Source: Spirochaetia bacterium
GTDB taxonomy: Bacteria > Spirochaetota > Spirochaetia > CAKZLE01
Length of the DNA stretch: 64,000 nt
Assembly: GCA_963677595.1 (NCBI GenBank)
Contig: OY782041.1
Span: 768,001 to 832,000 of the forward strand
Reading direction: 5' to 3'
Each line of letters begins with the position of its first letter. Position 1 is the first letter of the stretch. This document shows, piece after piece, positions 31,201 through 40,878 of this stretch. A model generated the notes under the pieces. That model was not told the origin of the DNA and did no database searches. It was given only the letters and a program-made list of their open reading frames with translations. The position numbers and the translations under genes are program-made.

Positions 31201-31691
31201 ACCTCGTGGGGATGGTGAACAGCGTCAGGTCCATCATCACCGCGAAGGGAGAACCGATGGCCTTCTGCCAGATCGAGGACTTCAACGGGAAGATCGAGCT
31301 CATCCTCTTCCCCAAGACCTGGGCCAAGTACCGCCACCTGATGGTCGTCGATGCGATCATCGGCTTCACCGGGAAGATCGATACGGCGAAGGGAGAGCCG
31401 AAGTTCCTCGTAGATACCGTCGTGGAACCGAACGAGCTCAAGCAGAGCGGGGTCTCCCAGGTACATGTGAAGATCGGCCGGGAGGTGTGCACCGACTCCA
31501 ACCTCAACTCCCTGCGGGACCTCTTCCTCGAATACCTCGGCAGCTGCTCCCTCATGCTCCACATCTATGACAGCACCTTCGAGAAGGAGCAGGTCGTGAA
31601 GGCTTCAGGACAATTAAATGTTGCTTTTTCCGATGATTTTATCGATACTTTAAAGAGGAACCCGCTTATATCAGATGTCTGGTATGTCTGA
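28269..31691 (+). CDS. dnaE: DNA polymerase III subunit alpha
   Basis: PHP HLHNHSDFSLLDG, GPGRGSGAGS, PDFDIDF, GYGFNKSH; no intein seen. Confidence 0.98.
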   Translation: MTEFVHLHNHSDFSLLDGAAPVGRMAARAKELGMSAIALTDHGSMFGALRFYQACKSQEIKPIIGCEFYVAPSSRHIKSGTESGNKYYHMVLLAMDGTGYKNLMYLDSVAYTEGFYYKPRIDDALLEEHHEGLICLSACLAGEIAVHLSNNQLETAEERALYYRDLFGKENYYLELQDHGIPEQKTVNTRMVALSQKTGIPLVATNDLHYIEAEDANAQDILICIGTNRKKHESGRMRFETDQFYLKSGDEMAELFKFAPEAIANTVKIAERCNLEIEFPGPLLPDFAIPEEFDNPDEYLRHITYEGLAERYQEITDEIRERAEFELGIIIGMGFTGYFLIVWDFIHWAKEHDIPVGPGRGSGAGSIVAYAMTITDIDPLKYQLLFERFLNPERVSMPDFDIDFCFERRSEVIDYVTRKYGTDRVAQIITFGTLKAKAVIKDVARVLDIPFSETNEISKLIPADPKMTIEKAMKEEPKLKELEQKGGIYAELFDVSRRLEGLNRHCSTHAAGIVIGKDILTEYVPLYRDSKTGGISTQYTMDLLEECGLVKMDFLGLKTLTLIKNTVDLVKKRGIDIDISTIPEDDEKTYHMLWDGQSSCIFQFESSGMQGILRDAKPNSIEDLIALNALYRPGPMANIPKYVASKNGVEPIVYPHPDLEESLKQTYGVIVYQEQVMQVAQTIGGFTLGKADIMRRAMGKKKVKVMMEMKQEFIEGAVSRGYKEDFANYIFEMLEPFAGYGFNKSHAAAYSVVAYQTAYLKANYPVEFMAANLTNEINSPDKLTTYINETKSMGIEILPPDINLSEQRFNVADGMVIYGLNGIKNVGTAAVDAIIREREESGPYTSFMDYLNRVDLKVVNKKVLESLIQCGAFDNLGDTRSTLLRNLEEVTEYVSKRKAAEQFGQASLFDIQEEEELGNFQMQQAEEFSLAEKLQLEKQLLGFYFSGHPMDEYRDIWNRTVRVDLSKPEHLMDKQACNLVGMVNSVRSIITAKGEPMAFCQIEDFNGKIELILFPKTWAKYRHLMVVDAIIGFTGKIDTAKGEPKFLVDTVVEPNELKQSGVSQVHVKIGREVCTDSNLNSLRDLFLEYLGSCSLMLHIYDSTFEKEQVVKASGQLNVAFSDDFIDTLKRNPLISDVWYV

Positions 31692-31731
31692 TTGAGGTTC
31701 CCGTGGTATACTACCAGGAACAGGAGTACAT

Positions 31732-32325
31732 ATGCAAACTGCGGCAGGGCTGCTCGGCGGCCTCTTATCACTCTACTCGCTGGCGATCGTCATCAGGATC
31801 GTCCTCTCATGGGGCGGCATGGGCGAACTCAGGTTCGGCTCATTCTACCGGATCCTCAAGCAGGTCACCGACCCCTACCTGAACCTCTTCAGGAACATCC
31901 CGGGACTCCAGAGGGGAAACCTCGACTTCTCGCCGATCATCGCCATGATCATCATCGGGATCGTCAACAACGTCCTCTCCATCTTCGCAGCCCAGGGAAA
32001 GATCACCTTCGGGATCATCCTCGCGCTGATCTCCAATGCCGCATGGTCTGTGATCTCGTTCTTCCTCTTCCTCTTCATCATCATCGCCGTGTTCAGGGTA
32101 TTCCTCGAGTACCGCCCCACGGCGAACTCGATCCAGTATATCGCCATCCTCGACAATCTCCTCCGGGGCCCGGTTGACCGGATCCACCGGCTCATCTTCG
32201 GCGGGAAGGAGACTGCGACCAAGACACTCCTCCTCACGACGGCAGGGACCTTCATCCTCCTCAGGATCGTGCTGAAGGTAGGGTTCAATTGGCTCGCTGA
32301 CCTGCTCGTCGGGCTGCCGTTCTAG
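31732..32325 (+). CDS. yggT: YggT family membrane protein (two repeats)
   Basis: IRIVLSW...VTDPYLNLFR...LDFSPIIA. Confidence 0.85.
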   Translation: MQTAAGLLGGLLSLYSLAIVIRIVLSWGGMGELRFGSFYRILKQVTDPYLNLFRNIPGLQRGNLDFSPIIAMIIIGIVNNVLSIFAAQGKITFGIILALISNAAWSVISFFLFLFIIIAVFRVFLEYRPTANSIQYIAILDNLLRGPVDRIHRLIFGGKETATKTLLLTTAGTFILLRIVLKVGFNWLADLLVGLPF

Positions 32326-32337
32326 GGATGGAGGCTG

Positions 32338-34431
32338 ATGTTCCTCGGGGAAGTTCGGACATCGATACGTGAACTCAAGGGGGTGGGACCCTCCCGGGCG
32401 AAAGCCTATGCGTCTTTGGGGATCTACACCTTCCAACACCTGCTCTCCCATATGCCGAGGGGCTATGAGGACAGGCAAAGACCCATCCCCCTCTCCGAGG
32501 CGGCAAAGCACAAGTCGGCATACGTCATAGCCGAGGTCATCGCCCATGACACCATCGGGTCAGGGTACAAAAAGACACTGAAGGTCATCATCTCAGACGG
32601 CACTACCAACGCATCCCTCCTCTGTTTCGGCAGGAACTTCCTCGACTCCCTCCTCGCCGTGGGGAGGAGTTTCCACATCTTCGGCAGCTTCAGCTTCCAC
32701 TACGGGGAGATCCAGTGCAGTGCCTTCGAGGTGGAACCCTTCTACGAGGGTTCAGTACCGAAGAAGTTCGGCTCGATCCTCCCGGTCTACCCCCTGGCCT
32801 CAGGTCTGTCGCAGAACACCATCCGCAGGGACGTGAAGAACCTCCTGCTGCAGACAGCCTCATACCTTGACGACCTCATCCCCGAAGGACTGCAGTCTAC
32901 CCATGGCCTCCTGCACTACGGAGAAGCCCTGCAGCAGCTCCACTTCCCCGACACCCCGCAGGCGATCACCAGGGCACGCAAGACGCTCGCCTACTGCGAA
33001 CTCTTCTACCTGCAGGCGACCCTGGTCAGGAAACAGCTCGCCCGCAAGCATGAGATCCAGGAAGCCCGGGGAGCCACTGCAATCCCGCTGCCGGGGCTGG
33101 ACGACCAGAGATCCCTTGCACAGCGGCTCATCGGGTCCCTGCCCTTCCCATTGACAGCGGACCAGGTCACGGTCCTCCATGAGATCATCGCGGACCTCGA
33201 TCGCCCCTACCCCATGAACCGGCTCATCCAGGGTGATGTCGGCTCAGGGAAGACCCTGACAGGCTTCATATCGATGCTCCCAATCATCGAGACGGGCGGC
33301 CAGACGGCCTTCATGGCACCGACCGAGCTGCTCGCAAAACAGCATGCTGAGTCTGCAGCCCGCTTCCTCGAACCCCTCGGGGTACGGATCGCCCTCCTGA
33401 CAGGCTCGGTACCTGCGAAGCAGCGCCTTCCCCTGCTCGAGGCACTCAAGGCAGGGGAACTCGACTGCATCATCGGGACCCATGCCCTCTTCTCCAGCGA
33501 TGTCGAGTTCCATGACCTCCAGTATGTCATCATCGATGAGCAGCAGCGGTTCGGCGTGGCACAGCGGATCTCCCTGACCCAGAAAGGACGGGCCCCCCAC
33601 CAGCTGCTGATGACCGCCACCCCAATCCCCCGGACCATGGCCCTCACCCTCTTCGGCGACCTCGACATCTCGACGATCAGGACGATGCCGCCGGGACGGC
33701 TCCCGGTGGTCACCCACCTTGCGGCAGAGAAGAGCAGGCAGCGGGTCTATGACGCGGTACGGGTGGAGATGGAGCGGGGGCACCAGGCCTACTTCGTCTA
33801 CCCGAAGATAGAGGCGACCGAGAACTCGGAACTCCGTGACGTCCAGACGATGTATACCTTCCTCGAGAAGCAGTATCCAGGCCTCGCAGGCGGACTCATC
33901 CACTCGAGGGTCAGCGAGGATGAGAAGGAATCGATCATGCACCGGTTCCGTACCGGGGAGATCGACTACCTCGTCTCCACGAGCGTCGTGGAGGTCGGGG
34001 TCGATGTACCGAATGCGACCTGCATGATCATCGAGCATGCCGAACGGTTCGGCCTATCCGCCCTCCACCAGCTGCGCGGCCGGGTCGGCCGCGGCACCGA
34101 GCAGGCCTATGCCTTCCTCGTCTTCTCAGACGACCTCCAGGAGGATGGGAAGAAGCGCCTCAAGGTGATGAAGGAGTCCCATGACGGCTTCTACATCGCC
34201 GAGCAGGACCTCATCATCCGGGGTCCCGGCGAGATCACCGGCGGACGGCAGTCCGGCTACCTCGGGCTGGTCTTCAGCGACCTGGTCGGGGATCTTGAGA
34301 TCATGAAGCAGGCAAGGATCGATGCGGAGCGGATCCTCCATGCAGATGGGTCACTCCTGAGCGGGGACCATGCGGTGATCAGGGAGGTCTTCAGGAAGGC
34401 ACCGCCCTTCGATGACCTGCTCGTCGAGTAG
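32338..34431 (+). CDS. recG: ATP-dependent DNA helicase RecG
   Basis: QGDVGSGKT, DEQQRFGV, MTATPIPRT, LHQLRGRVGRG, RGPGE. Confidence 0.97.
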   Translation: MFLGEVRTSIRELKGVGPSRAKAYASLGIYTFQHLLSHMPRGYEDRQRPIPLSEAAKHKSAYVIAEVIAHDTIGSGYKKTLKVIISDGTTNASLLCFGRNFLDSLLAVGRSFHIFGSFSFHYGEIQCSAFEVEPFYEGSVPKKFGSILPVYPLASGLSQNTIRRDVKNLLLQTASYLDDLIPEGLQSTHGLLHYGEALQQLHFPDTPQAITRARKTLAYCELFYLQATLVRKQLARKHEIQEARGATAIPLPGLDDQRSLAQRLIGSLPFPLTADQVTVLHEIIADLDRPYPMNRLIQGDVGSGKTLTGFISMLPIIETGGQTAFMAPTELLAKQHAESAARFLEPLGVRIALLTGSVPAKQRLPLLEALKAGELDCIIGTHALFSSDVEFHDLQYVIIDEQQRFGVAQRISLTQKGRAPHQLLMTATPIPRTMALTLFGDLDISTIRTMPPGRLPVVTHLAAEKSRQRVYDAVRVEMERGHQAYFVYPKIEATENSELRDVQTMYTFLEKQYPGLAGGLIHSRVSEDEKESIMHRFRTGEIDYLVSTSVVEVGVDVPNATCMIIEHAERFGLSALHQLRGRVGRGTEQAYAFLVFSDDLQEDGKKRLKVMKESHDGFYIAEQDLIIRGPGEITGGRQSGYLGLVFSDLVGDLEIMKQARIDAERILHADGSLLSGDHAVIREVFRKAPPFDDLLVE

Positions 34432-34491
34432 CCGATTGCATAAATCCCATGAGAAGCATATCATAGGCGATACGGACAAGGAGTACTACTG

Positions 34492-35025
34492 ATGCGAATC
34501 ACAGGCGGCAAATACCGCGGACGGACGGTCACCTGCCCGCCGGGGGTCATCCGGCCGGCCATGGACAGGATGAGGGAATCCCTCTTCTCGATACTCGGCC
34601 CCATGGAGGGGCTCTCGTTCCTCGATCTCTTCTCAGGATCGGGTCTTGTCGGGATCGAGGCGGCTTCCCGGGGCTGCGAACCGGTGCACTGCGTGGAGAT
34701 GGACGGGAAGAAGCGCAGGGTCATCAAGCAGAACCTGAGCATGGTAGAGTCTGACATCCGGCTCTATATGATGTCGGTGCAGAAGTTCACCCACCTTGCC
34801 CCCATGAGCTATGATATCGTCTATGCTGACCCGCCCTTCCCCATGAAGGGAAAGGATACCGTCTCGCAGATGGTCATCGATGCGAAACTGGTGAAGCCCG
34901 ATGGGCTCTATATCATCCACTACCCCTACGAGGATGCCCTTCCCGACGAACTCGGGGAGTTCAGCTGCTACGACGAGCGGAAATACGGACGATCACACCT
35001 GAGGTTCTACCGAAAGGAGAGCTGA
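34492..35025 (+). CDS. rsmD: 16S rRNA m2G966 methyltransferase
   Basis: MRITGGKYRGR, DLFSGSG, EAASRG, DPPF. Confidence 0.93.
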   Translation: MRITGGKYRGRTVTCPPGVIRPAMDRMRESLFSILGPMEGLSFLDLFSGSGLVGIEAASRGCEPVHCVEMDGKKRRVIKQNLSMVESDIRLYMMSVQKFTHLAPMSYDIVYADPPFPMKGKDTVSQMVIDAKLVKPDGLYIIHYPYEDALPDELGEFSCYDERKYGRSHLRFYRKES

Positions 35026-35123
35026 AGAACCTCTACATCCTCCCTGTAAAACAGAAGGCTGCCCCAAATGCCCATCCGGCACATGCAGCAGCCTCTCTAT
35101 CATGATCACATCAGCTGTACAGC

Positions 35124-36920
35124 TTATTCATCATCCTCATCATCATCGAAGAGGAAGACGTCGATCGACAGTTCCTCGAGCTGTTCCTCAGTCACGGTCC
35201 CGGGAGCCTCGGTCATGAGGTCCGTCGCCTTCTGGGTCTTCGGGAAGGCGATGACATCCCTGATGGAGTCGGTCCCGAGCAGGAGCATCATGATCCTGTC
35301 CAGCCCGAGGGCGAGTCCGCCGTGAGGGGGAGCACCGTACTGCAGGGCATCGAGGAGGAAGCCGAACTTCTCAGCTGCCTCTTCATCCTCGATCCCGAGG
35401 ATGGAGAAGATCTTGTTCTGGGTCTCATGGTCATGGATCCTGATCGAACCGCCGCCGATCTCGCTGCCGTTGAGCACCAGGTCATAGGCATCGGAGTCGA
35501 TCGACAGGATGTCCTCGACTGAGCCGTCGAGCTTGTGGAGGTCTTCAGGCTTCGGCGAGGTGAAGGGGTGATGGACCGGTGTCGGGTTCCCGTCGTCATC
35601 GGACTCGAAGAGCGGGAAGTCCACGACCCAGGTGAACGCGTACTGGTCATCACTGATCAGGTTCAGCCGCTTGGCGAAATGGCCGCGCAGGGCTGCAAGG
35701 CAGTTGCAGACGATCTTCTCGGTATCCGCGAGGAAGATGATGACATCCCCGGTCTGGGCGTCCATCGCCTTATAGAGGTTGGAAGCCTCCTCTTCCGAGA
35801 AGAACTTGATGATCGGGGACTGGGGTCCTGACTCATTCATCCTGATCCATGCGACACCCTTCCCCCGATAGGGTTTGACGAAGGGGGTCATGGCATCCAG
35901 GTCCTTCCGGGTCAGCTGGTCGCTGTAGCCCTTGAGGTTGATCGCCCTGACCACACCGCCGGCTTCGATCGCATTTCTGAAGACACCGAACCCGGTATTC
36001 CTCAGTACATCCGTGATATCGGTGATCTCAAGGCCGAACCTGAGATCCGGGGCATCAGAGCCGTACTTGAGCATCGCTTCCTTATAGGTGATGTGCGGGA
36101 TCGGCGTCGTGATATCGACGCCCTTGAGGTCTTTCATCAGCTTCGCGAAGAGGCCTTCGAGCAGGCTCATGACATCATCGCTGGTGACGAACGACATCTC
36201 GAGGTCCACCTGGGTGAACTCGGGCTGACGGTCGGCACGGAGGTCCTCATCCCTGAAGCATTTGGCGATCTGGAAGTAGCGGTCGAAGCCCGATACCATG
36301 AGCGACTGCTTATAGAGCTGCGGGCTCTGCGGGAGTGCGTAGAACTTTCCGGGGTTCACCCGGCTCGGTACGAGGTAGTCCCGTGCCCCCTCAGGCGTGG
36401 AACGACCGAGGATCGGGGTCTCCACCTCGATGAACTCATGCTCGTAAAGGTAGGAACGGATCAGGGCCGCAGCCTTGCTCCTGAAGATCATCTTCTGCTG
36501 CAAAGCAGGGTTCCTCAGGTCGAGGTACCGGTACTTGAGCCTGGTCTCCGCATGGACACTTGTCGTGTGGAGCAAGTCGAAGGGAGGGGTCTTGGACTTG
36601 TTCAGGAGCTCGAAATCGGAGACATAGACGTCGATGTCCCCGGTGGCATGGTTCGGGTTCTCCATCCCTTCCGGTCTCCTGCGCACGACTCCTTCGATCC
36701 CGATCACATACTGGTTCCTCAGGGTATGGGCTACCTTGTGGGCCTCCTCAGAATGTTCAGGGTCGAAGACGATCTGGGTGATCCCCCATCGGTCGAACAG
36801 GTCGATGAAGGTGACGCCGCCATGGTCACGGTAGCTGCCTACCCAGCCGTTGAGCACAACACTCTGGCCGACATCGTTCGCTGTTAGCTCCCCACAGGTG
36901 TGTGTCCTATTCAATCTCAT
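35124..36920 (-). CDS. aspS: Aspartate-tRNA ligase (probably non-discriminating)
   Basis: RTHTCGEL, RDHGG, GARDYLVPSR, FRDEDLRADRQPEF, GAPPHGG. Confidence 0.97.
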   Translation of the reverse strand: MRLNRTHTCGELTANDVGQSVVLNGWVGSYRDHGGVTFIDLFDRWGITQIVFDPEHSEEAHKVAHTLRNQYVIGIEGVVRRRPEGMENPNHATGDIDVYVSDFELLNKSKTPPFDLLHTTSVHAETRLKYRYLDLRNPALQQKMIFRSKAAALIRSYLYEHEFIEVETPILGRSTPEGARDYLVPSRVNPGKFYALPQSPQLYKQSLMVSGFDRYFQIAKCFRDEDLRADRQPEFTQVDLEMSFVTSDDVMSLLEGLFAKLMKDLKGVDITTPIPHITYKEAMLKYGSDAPDLRFGLEITDITDVLRNTGFGVFRNAIEAGGVVRAINLKGYSDQLTRKDLDAMTPFVKPYRGKGVAWIRMNESGPQSPIIKFFSEEEASNLYKAMDAQTGDVIIFLADTEKIVCNCLAALRGHFAKRLNLISDDQYAFTWVVDFPLFESDDDGNPTPVHHPFTSPKPEDLHKLDGSVEDILSIDSDAYDLVLNGSEIGGGSIRIHDHETQNKIFSILGIEDEEAAEKFGFLLDALQYGAPPHGGLALGLDRIMMLLLGTDSIRDVIAFPKTQKATDLMTEAPGTVTEEQLEELSIDVFLFDDDEDDE

Positions 36921-36949
36921 ATGTTATTCTCCTTCATACCTTCTGACAT

Positions 36950-38374
36950 CTACAGTTCGAGCAGCCGCATCAGCAGGGATCTCACCGCTGCCGGGTCCGC
37001 GGAGCCCTTCGTCTCCTTCATGACCTTCCCCATCAGGAAGCCGACAGCCTTCTGGTTCCCCCCCCTGATATCCTCGACTGCCGCAGGTTCTGCGGCAAGG
37101 ACATTCCTGACCAGCTCCTCGAGCCCGGACTCATCGGTCCCGGCATCGAGTCCCAGTTCAGAGATGAGCGTCTCAGGGTCCTTGTCCTCTTCGAGCATCT
37201 TCTCAAGTATCTGTTTTGCGATATTGGCATGGATAGTACCATCAGCCAGCAGTTTCATCAAGTCACAGAATCGCCCGGGCGTCAGATACGTCCTGGAAAT
37301 CGGCAGGTTCTGCCGGCTCAATGCCTTGGCAAGCTCCCCTTTCATCCATTTAGCGCTCTCGAGGCGATCCGCACCCAGGGCGGCGACTGCCTCGTAGTAG
37401 TCAGCACGGTCCTTCTCAGCCGTGAGGAAGACCACCATGTCATCCGGGAGGCCATACTCAGCCGCCATACGGGCCTTCCGCACCAGCGGGAGCTCTACCA
37501 TGGCATCCGAGACATCCTTCAGGAAGGCTGGATCAGGGATGAACGGCGGGATGTCAGGTTCCGGGAAGTACCGGTAGTCATGAGCGGCCTCCTTGGTCCT
37601 CATCGACTGGGTCTTCTTCTTGTCCGCATCCCACAGCCTCGTCTCCTGGATGATCGTCACTCCGGTCTTCTTCGCACGTGCCTGGCGTTTTTCCTCGTAC
37701 CGCATGGCCATCTTCACGTTCCGTGAGGAGTTGAGGTTCTTGATCTCGACCTTGGTCCCGAGCCCCTTGCCGGGTCGGTTGATCGAGATGTTCGCATCGC
37801 AGCGAAGAGAACCCTCTTCCATGTTCCCATCACAGACACCGAGGTACCTGACCATCTGCCTGAAGGCCTGGAGGAACTCCTCCGCCTCCTCCCCGCTGGA
37901 GAGGTCCGGCTCGGTCACGATCTCGAGCAGGGAGGTCCCTGCCCGGTTGTAGTCGATCAGGGATCGTCCGCCCGAGTGGATCATCTTACCGGCATCCTCC
38001 TCGAGGTGGATGTCGTGGATCCTCACGCGCTTCATCTTCCCCCCGCTCTCGAACTCGAAGTACCCATTGATCCCGACCGGTTCCTGGAACTGCGAGATCT
38101 GGTAGTTCTTGGACATGTCAGGGTAGAAGTAGTTCTTCCGCTCGAAGAAGGTCTTCTCCGACAGCCTGCAGTTCAGGGCCTCCCCTACCATGTACGAGAA
38201 CTTCAGCGCCTCACGGTTCACCGTGGGCAGGACCCCGGGATAGCCGAGGCATACAGGACACACATGGCTATTCGGTGCTGCCCCGTACTCGAAGCGGCAG
38301 TCACAGAATGCCTTGGTCTTCGTCAGTAGGTGGATATGGACCTCAAGGCCTATGAAGGTATCAAACGCTGCCAT
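36950..38374 (-). CDS. gatB: Asp/Glu-tRNA amidotransferase subunit B
   Basis: IGLEVHIHL, RKNYFYPD, HLEEDAGK, EGSLRCDANIS. Confidence 0.97.
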   Translation of the reverse strand: MAAFDTFIGLEVHIHLLTKTKAFCDCRFEYGAAPNSHVCPVCLGYPGVLPTVNREALKFSYMVGEALNCRLSEKTFFERKNYFYPDMSKNYQISQFQEPVGINGYFEFESGGKMKRVRIHDIHLEEDAGKMIHSGGRSLIDYNRAGTSLLEIVTEPDLSSGEEAEEFLQAFRQMVRYLGVCDGNMEEGSLRCDANISINRPGKGLGTKVEIKNLNSSRNVKMAMRYEEKRQARAKKTGVTIIQETRLWDADKKKTQSMRTKEAAHDYRYFPEPDIPPFIPDPAFLKDVSDAMVELPLVRKARMAAEYGLPDDMVVFLTAEKDRADYYEAVAALGADRLESAKWMKGELAKALSRQNLPISRTYLTPGRFCDLMKLLADGTIHANIAKQILEKMLEEDKDPETLISELGLDAGTDESGLEELVRNVLAAEPAAVEDIRGGNQKAVGFLMGKVMKETKGSADPAAVRSLLMRLLEL

Positions 38375-39771
38375 TATCTCACCTCCCCTGTGAGCTGGAG
38401 GGCCCCGGGTGCCTTCTGCGGTGTATGTACCGTCCTGAATGCCCGTGCCGCACTGAAGAGGTCACGCTCACAGAACTCGGGAGCCATGAACTGGACACCG
38501 ACGGGGAGTCCGTCCTTCACCCCGGTGGGAACACTCAGGGCAGGAAGGCCTGCCAGGTTTGCCGTGATCGTATAGCGGTCGGCCAGCTTCTGCTGGAACG
38601 CCGTCAGGCTCTCCCCTGACGAGGGGAACGCCTGGGTCGGGAAGACCGGCATCATGAGGAGATCCACCTCCTGGTACATGGCTGCCAGCTCCTGTTTGAT
38701 CAGGGTCCTGATCTTCTGGGCCCGGACGTAGTATTGGTCCTGGAAGCCCGATCGCAGGACGTAGGTCCCGAGCAGGATCCTCGTCTTGACCTCAGGCCCG
38801 AAGCCCTGCTCACGGGTCTCCCGGGTCATGGCCTCGACGTCAGCCTGTTCGGCTGCACGATGGCCGTACCTGATCCCGGTATACCGGGCAAGGTTGGCTG
38901 ATGCTTCAGCCGCCGCGATGGTGTAGTAGACCGGCACCACATACTTTAATGAATCGAGGGAGACCGGCACGGTCTTCCACCCGAGGGATTCGCAGGCTGA
39001 GACTGCCTCATCATAGGCATCCGCAACTGCCGGGTCCAGGCCATCCCGTTCCGAGAGGTACCCGATCGTCATGGAGTCCCCGTTGACGGGGGTGATCTCC
39101 CCTTCCGGGTCCCGTGAGGTCTGGTCCATGGGGTCTGAACCCTTCATGGTATCGAAGACCCTCTCCATGATATCTATATCCTCGGCGAGGACGCCGATGC
39201 ACTCGAGTGATGATGCATATGCCACGAGTCCGTAGCGTGAGACCGCACCATAGGTCGGTTTCAGGCCGTAGACCCCGCAGAAGTTCGCCGGCTGGCGTAC
39301 CGAACCGCCGGTATCGCTGCCCAGGGCGAAGGGCACCATGCCCGCAGCCACTGCAGCTGCCGAACCGCCGCTCGAACCGCCGGGTACCCGCCTCTCATCC
39401 CAGGGATTGACGGTCCGCTTCAATGCGGAGTTCATGGTGTCAGACCCCATCCCGAACTCATCGAGGTTCACCTTGCCTACCGGGATGGCACCTGCTGCAA
39501 GCAGCCGGGACACTGCCGTGGCTGAATAGGGAGAGTTGAAGGTCTCGAGGATCTTCGAGCCGCAGGTCAGGTTGAACCCCTCCACCGCGATATTATCCTT
39601 GACCGCGAACGGGATCCCATTCAGTGGGGAGCCCTGGTTGTCGGCAGCCAAGGCCTGTCCCTTCCCGGGGTCCAGCTCGAGGAAGGCCCCGACCTGCTCA
39701 TCCTTGGCAGCTATCTGTTCGGTGTAGCCGGCTGATGAGAGCAGGCTGTTCCATTGCTTATCTGTCGCCAT
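38374..39771 (-). CDS. gatA: Asp/Glu-tRNA amidotransferase subunit A
   Basis: AVKDNI, PGGSSGGSAA, SDTGGSVRQPA; start taken at ATG 39771. Confidence 0.95.
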   Translation of the reverse strand: MATDKQWNSLLSSAGYTEQIAAKDEQVGAFLELDPGKGQALAADNQGSPLNGIPFAVKDNIAVEGFNLTCGSKILETFNSPYSATAVSRLLAAGAIPVGKVNLDEFGMGSDTMNSALKRTVNPWDERRVPGGSSGGSAAAVAAGMVPFALGSDTGGSVRQPANFCGVYGLKPTYGAVSRYGLVAYASSLECIGVLAEDIDIMERVFDTMKGSDPMDQTSRDPEGEITPVNGDSMTIGYLSERDGLDPAVADAYDEAVSACESLGWKTVPVSLDSLKYVVPVYYTIAAAEASANLARYTGIRYGHRAAEQADVEAMTRETREQGFGPEVKTRILLGTYVLRSGFQDQYYVRAQKIRTLIKQELAAMYQEVDLLMMPVFPTQAFPSSGESLTAFQQKLADRYTITANLAGLPALSVPTGVKDGLPVGVQFMAPEFCERDLFSAARAFRTVHTPQKAPGALQLTGEVR

Positions 39772-39781
39772 TCCCCGCCCC

Positions 39782-40066
39782 CTACAGCACGTTCGGGATG
39801 ATGAAGTGCTCATCATCGTGTTCGGGACCTCGCGAGAGCAGGTCCTCGGGGGCGATCACGGGAGTCTCCCGTGCGATATCTTCCCTTACCGACTGCCGTG
39901 CCGTGAAGGCATGGGTAGTGGGGGACAGTCCTTCCACATCGACCTCCCCCATCAGGGAGAAGTAGTCGAGCATGGTAGTCACTGCCTCGGTCAGGGTCTC
40001 TACCTCATCCTCATGCAGATGGAGCATGGCAAGAGAGGCTGTTGTCTCCAGTTCTTTTCTATCCAT
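39782..40066 (-). CDS. gatC: Asp/Glu-tRNA amidotransferase subunit C
   Basis: Size, position, C-terminal FIIPNVL. Confidence 0.9.
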   Translation of the reverse strand: MDRKELETTASLAMLHLHEDEVETLTEAVTTMLDYFSLMGEVDVEGLSPTTHAFTARQSVREDIARETPVIAPEDLLSRGPEHDDEHFIIPNVL

Positions 40067-40144
40067 TGAATTCCGCTTTATTATATTTTGTGCATAAATA
40101 TACTCGAAATGGGCAGAAAGGTACAGTGGTCGCGGTGCAACACA

Positions 40145-40762
40145 TCAATCTTTCAGGAGCAGGTACCGGCTCCAGAGGTGCTCCCTGCCGAGCGAGTCGG
40201 CATCATGTTCGATCCCGATGGTCGTGAACCCGGCAGAGGTAAAGACCCCCTGCCATCGGGTATCATCAGAGGCACTGTAGAACCGCCCCGATGCATCGAC
40301 CTCGCTTCCAGAATCTACAGGGCCCCGTATGGATATACAGGCCTTCCCTCCTGAAACAAGCACCCGGTGGATCTCCCGGCATACTGCCGCGGCATCGGCT
40401 TCAGGGAGGTGCATGAGGAAGGCGACCGATATGACTGCCTTGAACTGTAGGTCAGGATATGGCAGTACACACGGCAGCTTCAGGCAGGTCAGCCTGCCTG
40501 AGAGTTCGGGATGCAGGCGTTCAGCTTCAGCGATCATCGCCGCCGACCCGTCGACCCCGAAGACGTCGAGTCCCATGCCGAGCAGGAAGGCGGCATCCCT
40601 GCCGGTCCCGCAGCCGACATCGAGGACGGCATCGCCTTCCTTCACGTACTGAAGGACCGATGAGAGGAATCGCCGGCTGTCTGCCTGTTCGTACTGCCGG
40701 GCACTCTCCCGGGCATGCGTCTGGTAATATGCCAATGTGGAGTCGATCAGCCCCCTGCCCAT
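40145..40762 (-). CDS. Class I SAM-dependent methyltransferase
   Basis: VLDVGCGTGRD; ATG 40762 after AGGAGG. Confidence 0.88.
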   Translation of the reverse strand: MGRGLIDSTLAYYQTHARESARQYEQADSRRFLSSVLQYVKEGDAVLDVGCGTGRDAAFLLGMGLDVFGVDGSAAMIAEAERLHPELSGRLTCLKLPCVLPYPDLQFKAVISVAFLMHLPEADAAAVCREIHRVLVSGGKACISIRGPVDSGSEVDASGRFYSASDDTRWQGVFTSAGFTTIGIEHDADSLGREHLWSRYLLLKD

Positions 40763-40878
40763 AGCCCCTCCTGTTCTGTTACAGTATGTAAAGATATATC
40801 TTTTCGAAGGCTTCCATCCCATGGTATACTGCAGGGTGCAGAAGGACAACCGTACATGACGGTGAGGAGATCATTCCC

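Noticed and set aside
28269-31691. Possible intein or split in dnaE
   Set aside because: Normal length (1140 aa), continuous motifs, no intein signatures
40778-40783. Additional TGTAAC on the minus strand before the methyltransferase gene
   Set aside because: Lies only 15 nt from the ATG with no matching -10 element; not counted in the ECF motif set
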